Positions 20,560 to 29,660 of a stretch of 64,000 nt of DNA are shown here, in pieces. Positions within the stretch are counted from its first letter, which is position 1. Every line of letters begins with the position of its first letter. This DNA comes from a virus (taxonomy: Duplodnaviria; Heunggongvirae; Uroviricota; Caudoviricetes): positions 83,930-147,929 of IMG/VR virus record IMGVR_UViG_3300042881_003883, one strand, 5' to 3'. Under the pieces are notes generated by a model. That model had not been told where the DNA came from. It saw only the letters and a list, made by a program, of their open reading frames with translations, and did not search any database. A program made the translations under genes and the position numbers.

Positions 20560-21747
20560 ATGAAAAAATCAATAAAAGAGGGTTCGATGAGTGATGTAGA
20601 TTTGATGGCTAAAGAGGCATCATCATTTAAAGAATTCGTTAAGGAATTTTACAAAGAATTCAAAGACTTCCCTAAAAATAGAGATGCGATGAAATGGTTG
20701 GAAGATACCTATAAATCAGTTAGTGAAGGTACTGAATCTGATGAATTGGAAAGAGTGGCAGATGCACTTCCTCAAACTGTTGAAGAAATGATTAATGAAA
20801 TTTCTTTATCATCAGCTGGTGTTAGAGATTTTTTAAGAGCGTTGTATCGTAATAACAAAATACTAAAGAAATTAGGATTTTCTAATTTTAAAGGTGCAGT
20901 TGATTATATTAGAAGTAATGGTGGTCGTGATTGGGATGAGTTAAGAGATGAGGCTACTGGATTTGGATTGAAATTTGAATCAATAAACGAAGAAAAACCT
21001 GGTCTTTGGGCAAACATCCGAGCTAAAAGAGCGAGAGGTGAGAAACCTGCACATGGTAATTCTGATGCACATAAAGATGCAGTTAAAGCTGGTAAGAAAA
21101 TAAATAACGAAGACCATAGCGGAGACCCATCCGATAAATACGTTGTAAAACCTTGTAAAGACCCAATTGAAAAATGGGCTGTATGGGAAGGTGATATTAG
21201 AGTAAAGGGATTTGAAACACAACCTGAAGCTCAAGCATTCGCTGATATGAAAAACAAAGAGCAAGGGTTAACTGAAGTAGGTGATGTAATTGATACAATC
21301 ACTATGGATATACCATTGTTTATTAGAACATTGGAATTTGCAAGAGAAGATGCTAAAACTGATATGGATTTGCATGATTTTGCTGAAAGAGCTATTAAGC
21401 TTACAAAGGAAAAGGGTACAATCGATATGAGTTCATATAATGAATTGATTGGTGGTAGTTCTGTAAATGAAGGAGCCGGATGTGGTTGTGGTTGTGGGTG
21501 TGGTGGTTCTAAGTTAACAGAAAACACCGAACCAACTATTATAACCCAATTAAAGGATATAGTTAAGACTAGTTCAAATAAAGTTTTAGTAGACCCAAAG
21601 AGTGGTAAAAAAGTAAGAGTTGATTTGTACTCAGCATCAGCAATAACTAAAGTATATGATGCACTTAAGCAACAATCAAACAAAGATAAATTCGTAAGTA
21701 CTGGATTAATGGGTATGCAATCAATGGCATTTAAATTATTAAAGTAA
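20560..21747 (+). CDS. hypothetical protein with (Gly-Cys)n repeat
   Basis: GAGCGCGCGCGGS encoded by (GGTTGT)n-like microsatellite at 21478-21507. Confidence 0.55.
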   Translation: MKKSIKEGSMSDVDLMAKEASSFKEFVKEFYKEFKDFPKNRDAMKWLEDTYKSVSEGTESDELERVADALPQTVEEMINEISLSSAGVRDFLRALYRNNKILKKLGFSNFKGAVDYIRSNGGRDWDELRDEATGFGLKFESINEEKPGLWANIRAKRARGEKPAHGNSDAHKDAVKAGKKINNEDHSGDPSDKYVVKPCKDPIEKWAVWEGDIRVKGFETQPEAQAFADMKNKEQGLTEVGDVIDTITMDIPLFIRTLEFAREDAKTDMDLHDFAERAIKLTKEKGTIDMSSYNELIGGSSVNEGAGCGCGCGCGGSKLTENTEPTIITQLKDIVKTSSNKVLVDPKSGKKVRVDLYSASAITKVYDALKQQSNKDKFVSTGLMGMQSMAFKLLK

Positions 21748-22271
21748 TGAGCTCATCTAAATTAAAAACCATATTATCGGAAATAGAATGGAAGGGTATG
21801 AAAGTTGAGCTTGGAAAAGTTTATACATTTAAAGATATTCCACCATTCAAAACTCCACAACAAATCAGAGAAGAGGAAGAAGTAGTAACTCAACCTGATA
21901 ATGATAGAGAAATGGTAGTTGGTGTAGCTGAAATTGTTTCTATGGTAAGTGATACCGAAAATAGAAAAGAGATAGCTGCTAAAATGATGAAAAAGTTTGA
22001 TTATGAAAATGTAAAATATAATCCAACTGAATTTTTAAAACTAAGTGGAGTTACTGAAAGTATAGATGAGTTAGTTCAAATGTCAATACAAAATGTGGCA
22101 ACTGATTTAATTCCAAGAGATATAGTTAATGTAGTAACACCAGAATCTAAAGAAAGATATACATCATTTGTAAGAGATTTGGTGAGTACATTAAATATGT
22201 TTTATAAGAAACATGGGGTGGATAGAAGATTTACCGATAGTAATTTCAAATATACAAAATTTTCAAAATAA
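21747..22271 (+). CDS. hypothetical protein
   Basis: ORF; N-terminus MSSSKLKTILSE carries a weaker (I/L)xE motif. Confidence 0.5.
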   Translation: MSSSKLKTILSEIEWKGMKVELGKVYTFKDIPPFKTPQQIREEEEVVTQPDNDREMVVGVAEIVSMVSDTENRKEIAAKMMKKFDYENVKYNPTEFLKLSGVTESIDELVQMSIQNVATDLIPRDIVNVVTPESKERYTSFVRDLVSTLNMFYKKHGVDRRFTDSNFKYTKFSK

Positions 22272-22272
22272 T

Positions 22273-22548
22273 ATGATACGATTAAGTAAATTAATAAACG
22301 AAGCATCTGTTGTTGAATTAAGTGAATTAACTCCAATTCAACAAAAGCAAATTAAAGCATTCGAATCAATAATCGGTGGAAAGGCCGAAATGATTTGGGA
22401 TGGTATACATGGTTTTGTAGTTGCTATAAAATTACAAAATTATCATGGTGCATATCGATTTGATGTAGATACTATGAAAAAATTAATAGCAGCAAAAGTT
22501 CGTTGGGTTGAAGAAGATTTGGGTAAACGAGTTAGTATAGGATTTTAA
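22273..22548 (+). CDS. small protein with N-terminal MIRLSKLINE motif (CTS-like family)
   Basis: Track ORF 22213..22548 overlaps the upstream gene; ATG at 22273 sits 1 nt after the upstream stop and begins MIRLSKLINEAS, the family motif. Confidence 0.5.
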   Translation: MIRLSKLINEASVVELSELTPIQQKQIKAFESIIGGKAEMIWDGIHGFVVAIKLQNYHGAYRFDVDTMKKLIAAKVRWVEEDLGKRVSIGF

Positions 22549-22563
22549 TAACAAAATATAATT

Positions 22564-23544
22564 ATGATACAATTAAAACAATTGATAAATGAGGCTAGTG
22601 ATTTCACTGCTAAGAGTAAGGAAAGTGGAAAGTTAGTACACTTCAAATCAAAAGATTCTTATGATAAAGCTATTAAGGCTGGTTCACATGAGGACCCAAC
22701 TGCAAAAACATCAAAGGGTGGTGATGCTAAGTCTGGTGTGAATATCTTTAATACACCATCTAAAGATGAACCAAAATCGGATACACCCAAAGCAACTCCT
22801 GCTAGTTTAGCTGTTGATAAAGTTGTTTATAATACGAGAACTAAATCAGTTGGTATTGTAAGAATGGCAGATGAAAGAGGTGAAACAAAAACCGATGCAG
22901 ATGGTAATGTAAATACATCTGAATTAGAACCATACAACCCAACAAAGTATCCACATCAAAAAGATGCTAAAGTTGCACCATCTACTCAAAAAGAGGTAGA
23001 TAGTAGAGGTTTATGGAATCCATTTGCACCTGATAGTGATGAACCAAAAGCAGCTGAACCAAAAGCACCAAGAAAAGGTGACCCAACGGTAAATAAAGAA
23101 GTTAGAAAGATAGCTCAAAAGATGGGAATTTCATCTGATAAGATGGATAAAACTGAGTATCAAAAGAAAATGGCTCAAGCAGCAGTTGCGGCACTTACTG
23201 ATTCAAACTTCCATAGTGAAGCAAGAGAGTTAGTAGCAGCATTAGAAGGGAAACCTGAATTAGCAGAGAAGCCAGATTACCCCAACCCATCAGACCCTAA
23301 GTTCAGAGAAAAGATGGATGTAATCAGAGCTAAATATGATTCAGTATATAGTTCACCTGATGATGATGCACAAGATTTGGGGGTAGCCGCATCACAAGCA
23401 GCCGGATGGAGTGGAGATACCGCAATTGATGGAATTGCATTTGAATTAAGAATGAACGGATTTCATAAATTAGCAGATAAGATACAATCAGTAATTAAAG
23501 AAGGTAAAGTTAATAGAACTTCACTTAAGAACTTAATGAAATGA
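22564..23544 (+). CDS. Lys/Pro-rich protein with N-terminal MIQLKQLINE motif; paralog of the 44029..44886 product
   Basis: MIQLKQLINEASDFTAKSKESGKLVHFKSKDSYDKAIKAGSHEDP aligns with MIKLMDLLNEESFVAKSTKTGKVVNFGSRETRDAAIKSGDYEEP. Confidence 0.6.
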   Translation: MIQLKQLINEASDFTAKSKESGKLVHFKSKDSYDKAIKAGSHEDPTAKTSKGGDAKSGVNIFNTPSKDEPKSDTPKATPASLAVDKVVYNTRTKSVGIVRMADERGETKTDADGNVNTSELEPYNPTKYPHQKDAKVAPSTQKEVDSRGLWNPFAPDSDEPKAAEPKAPRKGDPTVNKEVRKIAQKMGISSDKMDKTEYQKKMAQAAVAALTDSNFHSEARELVAALEGKPELAEKPDYPNPSDPKFREKMDVIRAKYDSVYSSPDDDAQDLGVAASQAAGWSGDTAIDGIAFELRMNGFHKLADKIQSVIKEGKVNRTSLKNLMK

Positions 23545-24395
23545 TAAAATTAAATCAGTTAACTGAAAATAAAAACACCCAACCCAACTTAAATGAGGGG
23601 TTGGGTGATGCTATTTCTAAGATTAGGAATTTAGCAATAAGGATAGCTGATAAGAAAGCTGGAAATGCGGTAAAGCATCTTAACTTAGATAAAATTAGTA
23701 AAGATAAACCGGATACAAAGGCAGCAATGAATAAAGCTCAATCGGTTTTTTCAAAGCAAACTGGAATGAATGAGGATTTACGAAGTACAATTAATAAATT
23801 TTCAGTTAATGTAGGAAGTAAATCAGCATTGGGAGCAATTATATCAGCTGTATTAACTGCTGGTAGTTGGACTCAATACGCAACAGCATCATTTTCACAA
23901 TGGTATTATTCTGAAATCCAAAGATTAGCAGAACCTGAGGTAATGAAAATAATGGAAGATGTATATGGTGCACAAGCAGCTGAAGGTTCTTTATGGGCTA
24001 AGTTGGGAATGTACGCATTTTTTATATTTTTTATAATTGCAGTTGTAATGTTTGTATCTGCTAAAATAACACAAAATAGAAAAACCGAAAATACGATGAT
24101 AAAATTAACTGATTTGATGTCAGAATCAAACGAAACTTATTTCAAATCATTTACCGATGCGGCATCAGCTGCTAAAGCATACGCTATGAAAAAAGGGTAT
24201 GAAATTGATGAGAATGATTGGCAAACACAAATAGCAATGGGAGGTAAGTATTCTCGTTCAAGACCATCTATTGGTAAGACTAATTCATTTACTGTTGGAT
24301 TATTGAGAAATGGTAAACCCCAAAGAAAGGCACTACATATTTCAGTATATGGTATGGCTAGTGGAAACTTTGAATTAACTAATTATATTAATTGA
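23541..24395 (+). CDS. protein with N-terminal MIKLNQLTE motif, central TM segment and a second internal MIKLTDLMSE motif
   Basis: AFFIFFIIAVVMFVSA hydrophobic helix; internal ...ENTMIKLTDLMSESNE at about residue 178 (ATG at 24096). Confidence 0.6.
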   Translation: MIKLNQLTENKNTQPNLNEGLGDAISKIRNLAIRIADKKAGNAVKHLNLDKISKDKPDTKAAMNKAQSVFSKQTGMNEDLRSTINKFSVNVGSKSALGAIISAVLTAGSWTQYATASFSQWYYSEIQRLAEPEVMKIMEDVYGAQAAEGSLWAKLGMYAFFIFFIIAVVMFVSAKITQNRKTENTMIKLTDLMSESNETYFKSFTDAASAAKAYAMKKGYEIDENDWQTQIAMGGKYSRSRPSIGKTNSFTVGLLRNGKPQRKALHISVYGMASGNFELTNYIN

Positions 24396-24399
24396 TATA

Positions 24400-24666
24400 A
24401 TGAGTAAAGAAAAATCTTTGGTTACAGTTTATGTTAAAAATGGTGATATAAATAAAGCTCTTAAGATATTCAAAAACAAAACATTTGAATCAGGTCATCT
24501 TTTGGAGTTGAGAGATAGGAAGGAATTTACTAAACCAACTACTAAAAGGAGAAAGCAAATGAAAGATGCTATTCGTAGGCAAGAATTATTAACTATATTG
24601 GATAAAATATCCAATGGAGATACAACAATAAAGGTTCCGGAAAAGAAAGTTAAAAATAAAAAGTAA
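24400..24666 (+). CDS. rpsU: 30S ribosomal protein bS21 homolog (phage-encoded)
   Basis: 88 aa basic protein; RDRKEFTKPTTKRRKQMKDAIRRQ corresponds to the S21 R..E.YEKPSE.RKR...A signature. Confidence 0.75.
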   Translation: MSKEKSLVTVYVKNGDINKALKIFKNKTFESGHLLELRDRKEFTKPTTKRRKQMKDAIRRQELLTILDKISNGDTTIKVPEKKVKNKK

Positions 24667-24693
24667 TATCTCAAAAAGAGAATATTTATAGAT

Positions 24694-27204
24694 ATGGCAG
24701 CAAGTATAAAAATATCAGATTTAAGTCAGTTAGTATCAGGTTCCATAGTTGGTACAACTAAGATACCAGTTGTGGATGGTGGGACAACGTTATATGCACA
24801 GGCATCATCTATAAAAGCATACGTTAGTTCGGATTTAGCAACGGATGCTGAATTAGCATCGCAAATATCAGCGGTTAACTCCACCATTAGTGGATTAACA
24901 ACTGCTAATATCTCTGAGAACGCATCTTATAAATATTATACCGATGCTAGGGTAACTGATAGATTAAACGTACTTAATGTATTATCTGGTTCATCTACTT
25001 CATTGATTGTTTCTGATGGAAGTACAAACGTAACTGCTGTTGATAAAATTACATTTAATAATGCAACTGTTTTCAATGCTGGTAGTGGTGATGTGACTGT
25101 AACTGTACCATCTTCATTAACTGTTGGTAATGGTTCAGGAATACCTATTAGTAGTGTTGATACTATTACATTTCCAGGCGCAACAATTGCTGATAACACT
25201 AATGGTGATATAACTGTTACTATATCAGGTACAGCTACGAATATATCTGCATTAAATTCATTCACATCATCAGCAAATTCATCTATTAATTCAATTAATT
25301 CAACTACTGGTTCTATTAATTTAACTACTGGTTCTATTAATTCATTTACTGGTTCTATTAGAGGTGAGGTTAATAGTATTGAAGCATATACTTCATCATT
25401 AAAAGCAGCATCTATTGTATCATCATCACAACAAATAACTAATTTAGGTTTTTTAAGTAGTTCATTTGGTCTAATATCATCATCACAACAAATAAGTGAT
25501 TTTGGGTTTATAAGCGCATCTGGTGGTACAACAATTCCTCAGGGGACTGTTTCTGGTTCTCAACAAATAGTTGGTTTAGGATTTGTAACTACAAGTTCAT
25601 TAGCAACTGGGCCAAATTTCCATATAATATCACAATCTATAATAGCTACTGACCCTATTGATTCTAATTTATTATTATCATCGGTATATGTAGATAAAAC
25701 CAGAACAATAACATTTTCACAATTTTCAGCATCGTTAGATTCTAGGTTTGGAGCTGGTGGTGGTTCTGATTATATTTCAAATGTTACATTTGGTAATAAT
25801 AGATTAACATTTACTGGGGTTGGTTCAGCATTTAATGATTTTGTTCAATTTCCAAATGGATTGGTATCATCATCCGCACAATTAAATGGATTTGGATTCC
25901 TTACATCAACAGATGTTAATTCAACATACATAGTTAATAGATTACCAAGCGGAGTTATTAGTGGTTCAACTCAAATAACTAATTTAGGATTTGCAACAAC
26001 ATCATCTTTGATTGGTAATGGGTTTATATCATCATCCGCACAAATTACATTAACAAATTCTAACACTGGTGGATTTGATACATCCTATGTTGCTGAAAAT
26101 GTAAATTATAAATATTATACTGATGCTAGAGTTCAAAATGTACTAAATGGATTAACATTAGTATCTGGTTCATTCGGATTACCATCTGGTTCGGTTAGTT
26201 CATCATCTCAAATAGATTACCAACTAATATATAACAAACCAGTATTCTATACTGGTTCTAATAATGTTTTTATTACATCTGGCTCCTCTGGATATAGTAG
26301 TCCTTGGGTTATTATTGAGGTACTATCACCTACATTAACTCAATTTTCATCATTAGTATCATCGATTAGTAGTTCATTATTAACTAATGGTATAGTATCA
26401 TCATCAACACAAATATCCAATTTAGGATTTGTGAGTAACGGAAGTTTAGCAGGATTAAATAATTGGACGGGTTCAAGTGGTGGATTTGGGTTAACATCAT
26501 CATCATTAGCAAGTAGAATTGTTAATTTATCAAATGTAGTATTAACCGCATCTGCACAAATTGATTATGATTTTATTCAAAATACACCAACATTCGCACC
26601 TGGAGATGGTATTTTAATATCTCAAAGTTTAGAGAACGCAATTACTATAACAAATAACGCATCGGCACCTACGTGGAATAGTATAACATCAAAACCAAAT
26701 AATTTGGTATCATCATCATTACAAGTAGATGGATATAATTTATTTGCTAAGACTGGTTCTACAAATACATTCTATGGTAATCAAACTGTAAATGGTGAAG
26801 TTCAAACTACCGATTTAACTGTAACTGGTATTAGTGACTTTCAAGGAGCAGCTACCTTTGCTGGTACATCTACATTTAATAACCCTGTTATTAATGAAAT
26901 AACAGCCATATCAGTAAATGGATTTACGGCATCTTTAGATTTTAGTATAGGTAATTTATTTGAAATAAATTTAGACGGAAATGCTATAACACACATATCA
27001 GCTAGTAATATATCATTCGGTCAAACTGCAACGGTATTAATTACAACTGCTAATCAATCTACTGCATCATTTAGTTCAAACGTAAGACAACCATTTGGTT
27101 CATTCTACACCGCATCTTTGGTTGGTAGTATTGATATTATAACACTTACAAAATTCAATTCTACTGATGTTTATGTAACTTCGGTAAAAAATAATTTTGT
27201 ATAA
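24694..27204 (+). CDS. tail fiber / receptor-binding protein, Ser/Thr-rich with internal repeats
   Basis: 836 aa, ~30% Ser/Thr; repeated (S/G)S(S/T)QQI(T/S)xLGF peptide at least 7 times; duplicated ENxxYKYYTDARV module; 21-bp DNA tandem repeat around 25300-25365. Confidence 0.7.
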   Translation: MAASIKISDLSQLVSGSIVGTTKIPVVDGGTTLYAQASSIKAYVSSDLATDAELASQISAVNSTISGLTTANISENASYKYYTDARVTDRLNVLNVLSGSSTSLIVSDGSTNVTAVDKITFNNATVFNAGSGDVTVTVPSSLTVGNGSGIPISSVDTITFPGATIADNTNGDITVTISGTATNISALNSFTSSANSSINSINSTTGSINLTTGSINSFTGSIRGEVNSIEAYTSSLKAASIVSSSQQITNLGFLSSSFGLISSSQQISDFGFISASGGTTIPQGTVSGSQQIVGLGFVTTSSLATGPNFHIISQSIIATDPIDSNLLLSSVYVDKTRTITFSQFSASLDSRFGAGGGSDYISNVTFGNNRLTFTGVGSAFNDFVQFPNGLVSSSAQLNGFGFLTSTDVNSTYIVNRLPSGVISGSTQITNLGFATTSSLIGNGFISSSAQITLTNSNTGGFDTSYVAENVNYKYYTDARVQNVLNGLTLVSGSFGLPSGSVSSSSQIDYQLIYNKPVFYTGSNNVFITSGSSGYSSPWVIIEVLSPTLTQFSSLVSSISSSLLTNGIVSSSTQISNLGFVSNGSLAGLNNWTGSSGGFGLTSSSLASRIVNLSNVVLTASAQIDYDFIQNTPTFAPGDGILISQSLENAITITNNASAPTWNSITSKPNNLVSSSLQVDGYNLFAKTGSTNTFYGNQTVNGEVQTTDLTVTGISDFQGAATFAGTSTFNNPVINEITAISVNGFTASLDFSIGNLFEINLDGNAITHISASNISFGQTATVLITTANQSTASFSSNVRQPFGSFYTASLVGSIDIITLTKFNSTDVYVTSVKNNFV

Positions 27205-27219
27205 TCCAAATTAATTTCG

Positions 27220-27227
27220 TATATTTG
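27220..27227 (+). promoter_or_regulatory. Bacteroidetes-type -7 promoter box TATATTTG (AATTAATTTCGTATATTTG class)
   Basis: Same 19-mer context recurs at 48803-48821, 55252-55270 and 61736-61755. Confidence 0.55.
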
Positions 27228-27244
27228 TAAAATAAATAAAAGTT

Positions 27245-27715
27245 ATGTCAAAAGGTAGAATCTATTGGTTTACTGGTGAAGCTAGTAATAGTAGAGAATT
27301 GGGAAAAAGACTTCACACACTTCTCCAATCTGAAAAAAGAAATTGGAGAAGGGATGTATTTTACTTAGATAGTGAAGAGTTAAGAAAGATTACAAATAAT
27401 ACAGATTATACTGATTCTGGTACAATCAAACACATAAGACATTTACAAATGATTGCCCAATACCTACACACAACGGGTTGTGATGTAGTAGTATCTGATA
27501 TATCACCATATAAAGAGGTTAGAGAGGAGTTTAAACGTAGAATAGGTTTGACTAACTTTTCTGAATTTTATGTTCACAATTCAAAGCAACCATTGGATTA
27601 TTCCACATATGGTGCACCAACCGAAAACTTCATATCAGTTGATACATTCCGAAATAATTTTGAACTTTCATTTGGGAGTATAGTTAATTATCTAATAGAT
27701 AATCATAAATTATAA
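27245..27715 (+). CDS. APS-kinase (CysC)-like protein with degenerate P-loop
   Basis: IYWFTGEASNSRELG vs CysC VLWFTGLSGSGKST; FYLDSEELR vs YLLDGDNVR; DVVVSDISPYKEVREEFKRRIG vs [23 protein letters not shown]; Walker A Lys/Ser-Thr absent. Confidence 0.55.
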   Translation: MSKGRIYWFTGEASNSRELGKRLHTLLQSEKRNWRRDVFYLDSEELRKITNNTDYTDSGTIKHIRHLQMIAQYLHTTGCDVVVSDISPYKEVREEFKRRIGLTNFSEFYVHNSKQPLDYSTYGAPTENFISVDTFRNNFELSFGSIVNYLIDNHKL

Positions 27716-27767
27716 AAAATCAAATAACCTATATTTATATACATATAGTAGAAACTTAAAATAGTAT

Positions 27768-28340
27768 ATGAAAATGGAAGATGTTACAAATGAGGAACCA
27801 ATGTTCCCAAACTTTGACCCAACCAAAGATTTATCGAAAGCACCCAAACAACGAACTAAACGTGGGTTAGGTGCAAAACCTCTAATGGAATCTGAAATTA
27901 GAGATGTACAACAAAAAGCACGTTCCGCTATGGAAGCTGCTAGAATGTTGGGAGTATCATACAATACATATAAGAAATACGCAAGAGATTATGGTATCTT
28001 TGAAGATTTGAAGAATCCATTTGGACTTGGTATAACCAAAGGTTCATCTGATAAGGGTAGTACCCATGCATTGGATGATATCTTAGCTGGTATGTATCCC
28101 AATTACCCAATACATAAATTCAAAAAGAGATTATTGAATAATGGATATATGTTAGAAAAATGTAATAGTTGTGGATTTGAAGAAAAACGGGTAACCGATT
28201 TCAAGGTTCCATTAGTATTAGATTTTATTGATGGAGATAGATGCAACCACAAATATGAGAACCTTAGAATGCTATGTTTTAATTGCTCATTCCTTATAAA
28301 TGGGAACCTTACAGGTCCAAAAGCGGAGTACGAATATTAA
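27768..28340 (+). CDS. HNH endonuclease with N-terminal HTH-like region
   Basis: CNSCGF...CNHKYENLRMLCFNC (HNH Cys/His/Asn pattern). Confidence 0.7.
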   Translation: MKMEDVTNEEPMFPNFDPTKDLSKAPKQRTKRGLGAKPLMESEIRDVQQKARSAMEAARMLGVSYNTYKKYARDYGIFEDLKNPFGLGITKGSSDKGSTHALDDILAGMYPNYPIHKFKKRLLNNGYMLEKCNSCGFEEKRVTDFKVPLVLDFIDGDRCNHKYENLRMLCFNCSFLINGNLTGPKAEYEY

Positions 28341-28422
28341 TTTTAAAAAAAGTTTGGTAAATTCAGATTTTTTTCGTATCTTTACATAAATAAACAATAT
28401 ATATAAATATAAAACACAAATT

Positions 28423-28635
28423 ATGAACAAGTATTTTGAAGTTACAGTAGAAGTTGTAGTTGCCACTCTTAAGAATGGTAAAGACAAGAAGAACAAAGAA
28501 ATTTATTTAGTAGATGCACAATCGGTAACAGAAGCTGAAGCAAGAGTTGTAAAAGACTTTATGGATGCGGGTGTGGTTGTAGACTACAAAGTAAGTGGAG
28601 CAAGAGAAAGCAGAATTATCAGAGTTATTGAATAA
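28423..28635 (+). CDS. hypothetical small protein
   Basis: ORF. Confidence 0.45.
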   Translation: MNKYFEVTVEVVVATLKNGKDKKNKEIYLVDAQSVTEAEARVVKDFMDAGVVVDYKVSGARESRIIRVIE

Positions 28636-28898
28636 TGAAAGAACCTGAAGTTATTACCGAAGAGGTGAAAATAAAAGTTGCTAAGAGAGTAGCACCTGGA
28701 GACAGGTGGACTCCCTTAGACAACACTTCAGTCATACTTGAATCGTTGACCGATTTATTAGAGTATGTTTATCAGAAAAGAGGCAATACACAATTTTACA
28801 TGGATGCTAAGGATGGTTTCACTTACGTGATTGAAAAAGAACAAAAAGTAATAGAACCACAACCCGATAAAAAGTATTCATTGTATGGAGAGTATTAG
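28635..28898 (+). CDS. hypothetical small protein
   Basis: ORF, ATG overlaps upstream stop. Confidence 0.45.
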   Translation: MKEPEVITEEVKIKVAKRVAPGDRWTPLDNTSVILESLTDLLEYVYQKRGNTQFYMDAKDGFTYVIEKEQKVIEPQPDKKYSLYGEY

Positions 28899-29078
28899 AA
28901 CCTATTTTAAAAGATTATTATTAGGATTAGCAATAACATTTGTAACCATCTTATCAGATAAGAAACTACATGTAATAAACAAAGATATGGTTTCGGATTC
29001 AGTTGATGATGATTTTCATATGTTTATCTAATTTTGATAATATTTATATCAAAGTAAATTAATTTAAAAAAAAAAAGA

Positions 29079-29378
29079 ATGAACACAATTTTAATTATTA
29101 TTGGAGTATTAGCTGTAGCTATTGGTATCGTAATCTATTTACAAAAGACAGGTAAAATAGAAGATAAGGATGGAGATTTAATTCCAGACTCAATTGAAGA
29201 TACAGCAGCTAAAGTTAAAGAAGTAACTAAGCAAGTTAAGGTTAGAGCTAATAATATTGCTAAAGAATCTAAAGAAGTTGTTGCAGCGGTTAAGAAAGTT
29301 GCTAAAGAATCTAAAGATGTAATTGATGCAGTTAAAGGAACTTCTAAAGGAAAAAGAAAACCATCTACAAAAAAATAA
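29079..29378 (+). CDS. single-pass membrane protein with AKESKEV repeats
   Basis: N-terminal TM ILIIIGVLAVAIGIVIYL; repeated AKESK(E/D)V(V/I)(A/D)AVK. Confidence 0.5.
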   Translation: MNTILIIIGVLAVAIGIVIYLQKTGKIEDKDGDLIPDSIEDTAAKVKEVTKQVKVRANNIAKESKEVVAAVKKVAKESKDVIDAVKGTSKGKRKPSTKK

Positions 29379-29660
29379 ATGGATTATTTATTGATTTTTA
29401 GTATAATCGCAATTATATTCATATTAGGGATTTTTGTAATCATTAGAATGATGTATCAAACTAATGAATTGAAATATGAACTAAAATTGGCTAAAGTAAA
29501 TTGCCAAAAGGATTTGGATAGAATTGAAGATAAAATTAATCAATTGGTACATAAAGATAGTTCATACTATTTTAATGAAATCCAAAAATTAGAAAAGTTG
29601 CAAAACACTTTAGCTAAGTTGATTGATTCACAAGTCAATAAATTTGATTCACAAAAATAA
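29379..29660 (+). CDS. single-pass membrane protein with coiled coil
   Basis: N-terminal TM LLIFSIIAIIFILGIFVII; start codon directly abuts the upstream stop. Confidence 0.5.
   Translation: MDYLLIFSIIAIIFILGIFVIIRMMYQTNELKYELKLAKVNCQKDLDRIEDKINQLVHKDSSYYFNEIQKLEKLQNTLAKLIDSQVNKFDSQK

Noticed and set aside
21478-21507. CRISPR array consideration for short direct repeats (GGTTGT repeats; 21-bp repeats in fiber gene; AGATTTTTAAGAAAA x2 at 34098-34128)
   Set aside because: The repeats are coding microsatellites or tandem duplications without spacer-repeat periodicity of 28-37 bp. No cas genes are present.
27768-28340. Mobile homing-endonuclease insertion (HNH at 27768)
   Set aside because: The HNH ORF is free-standing, with no split host gene or intein/intron boundaries visible. 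It is treated as an ordinary phage HNH nuclease.
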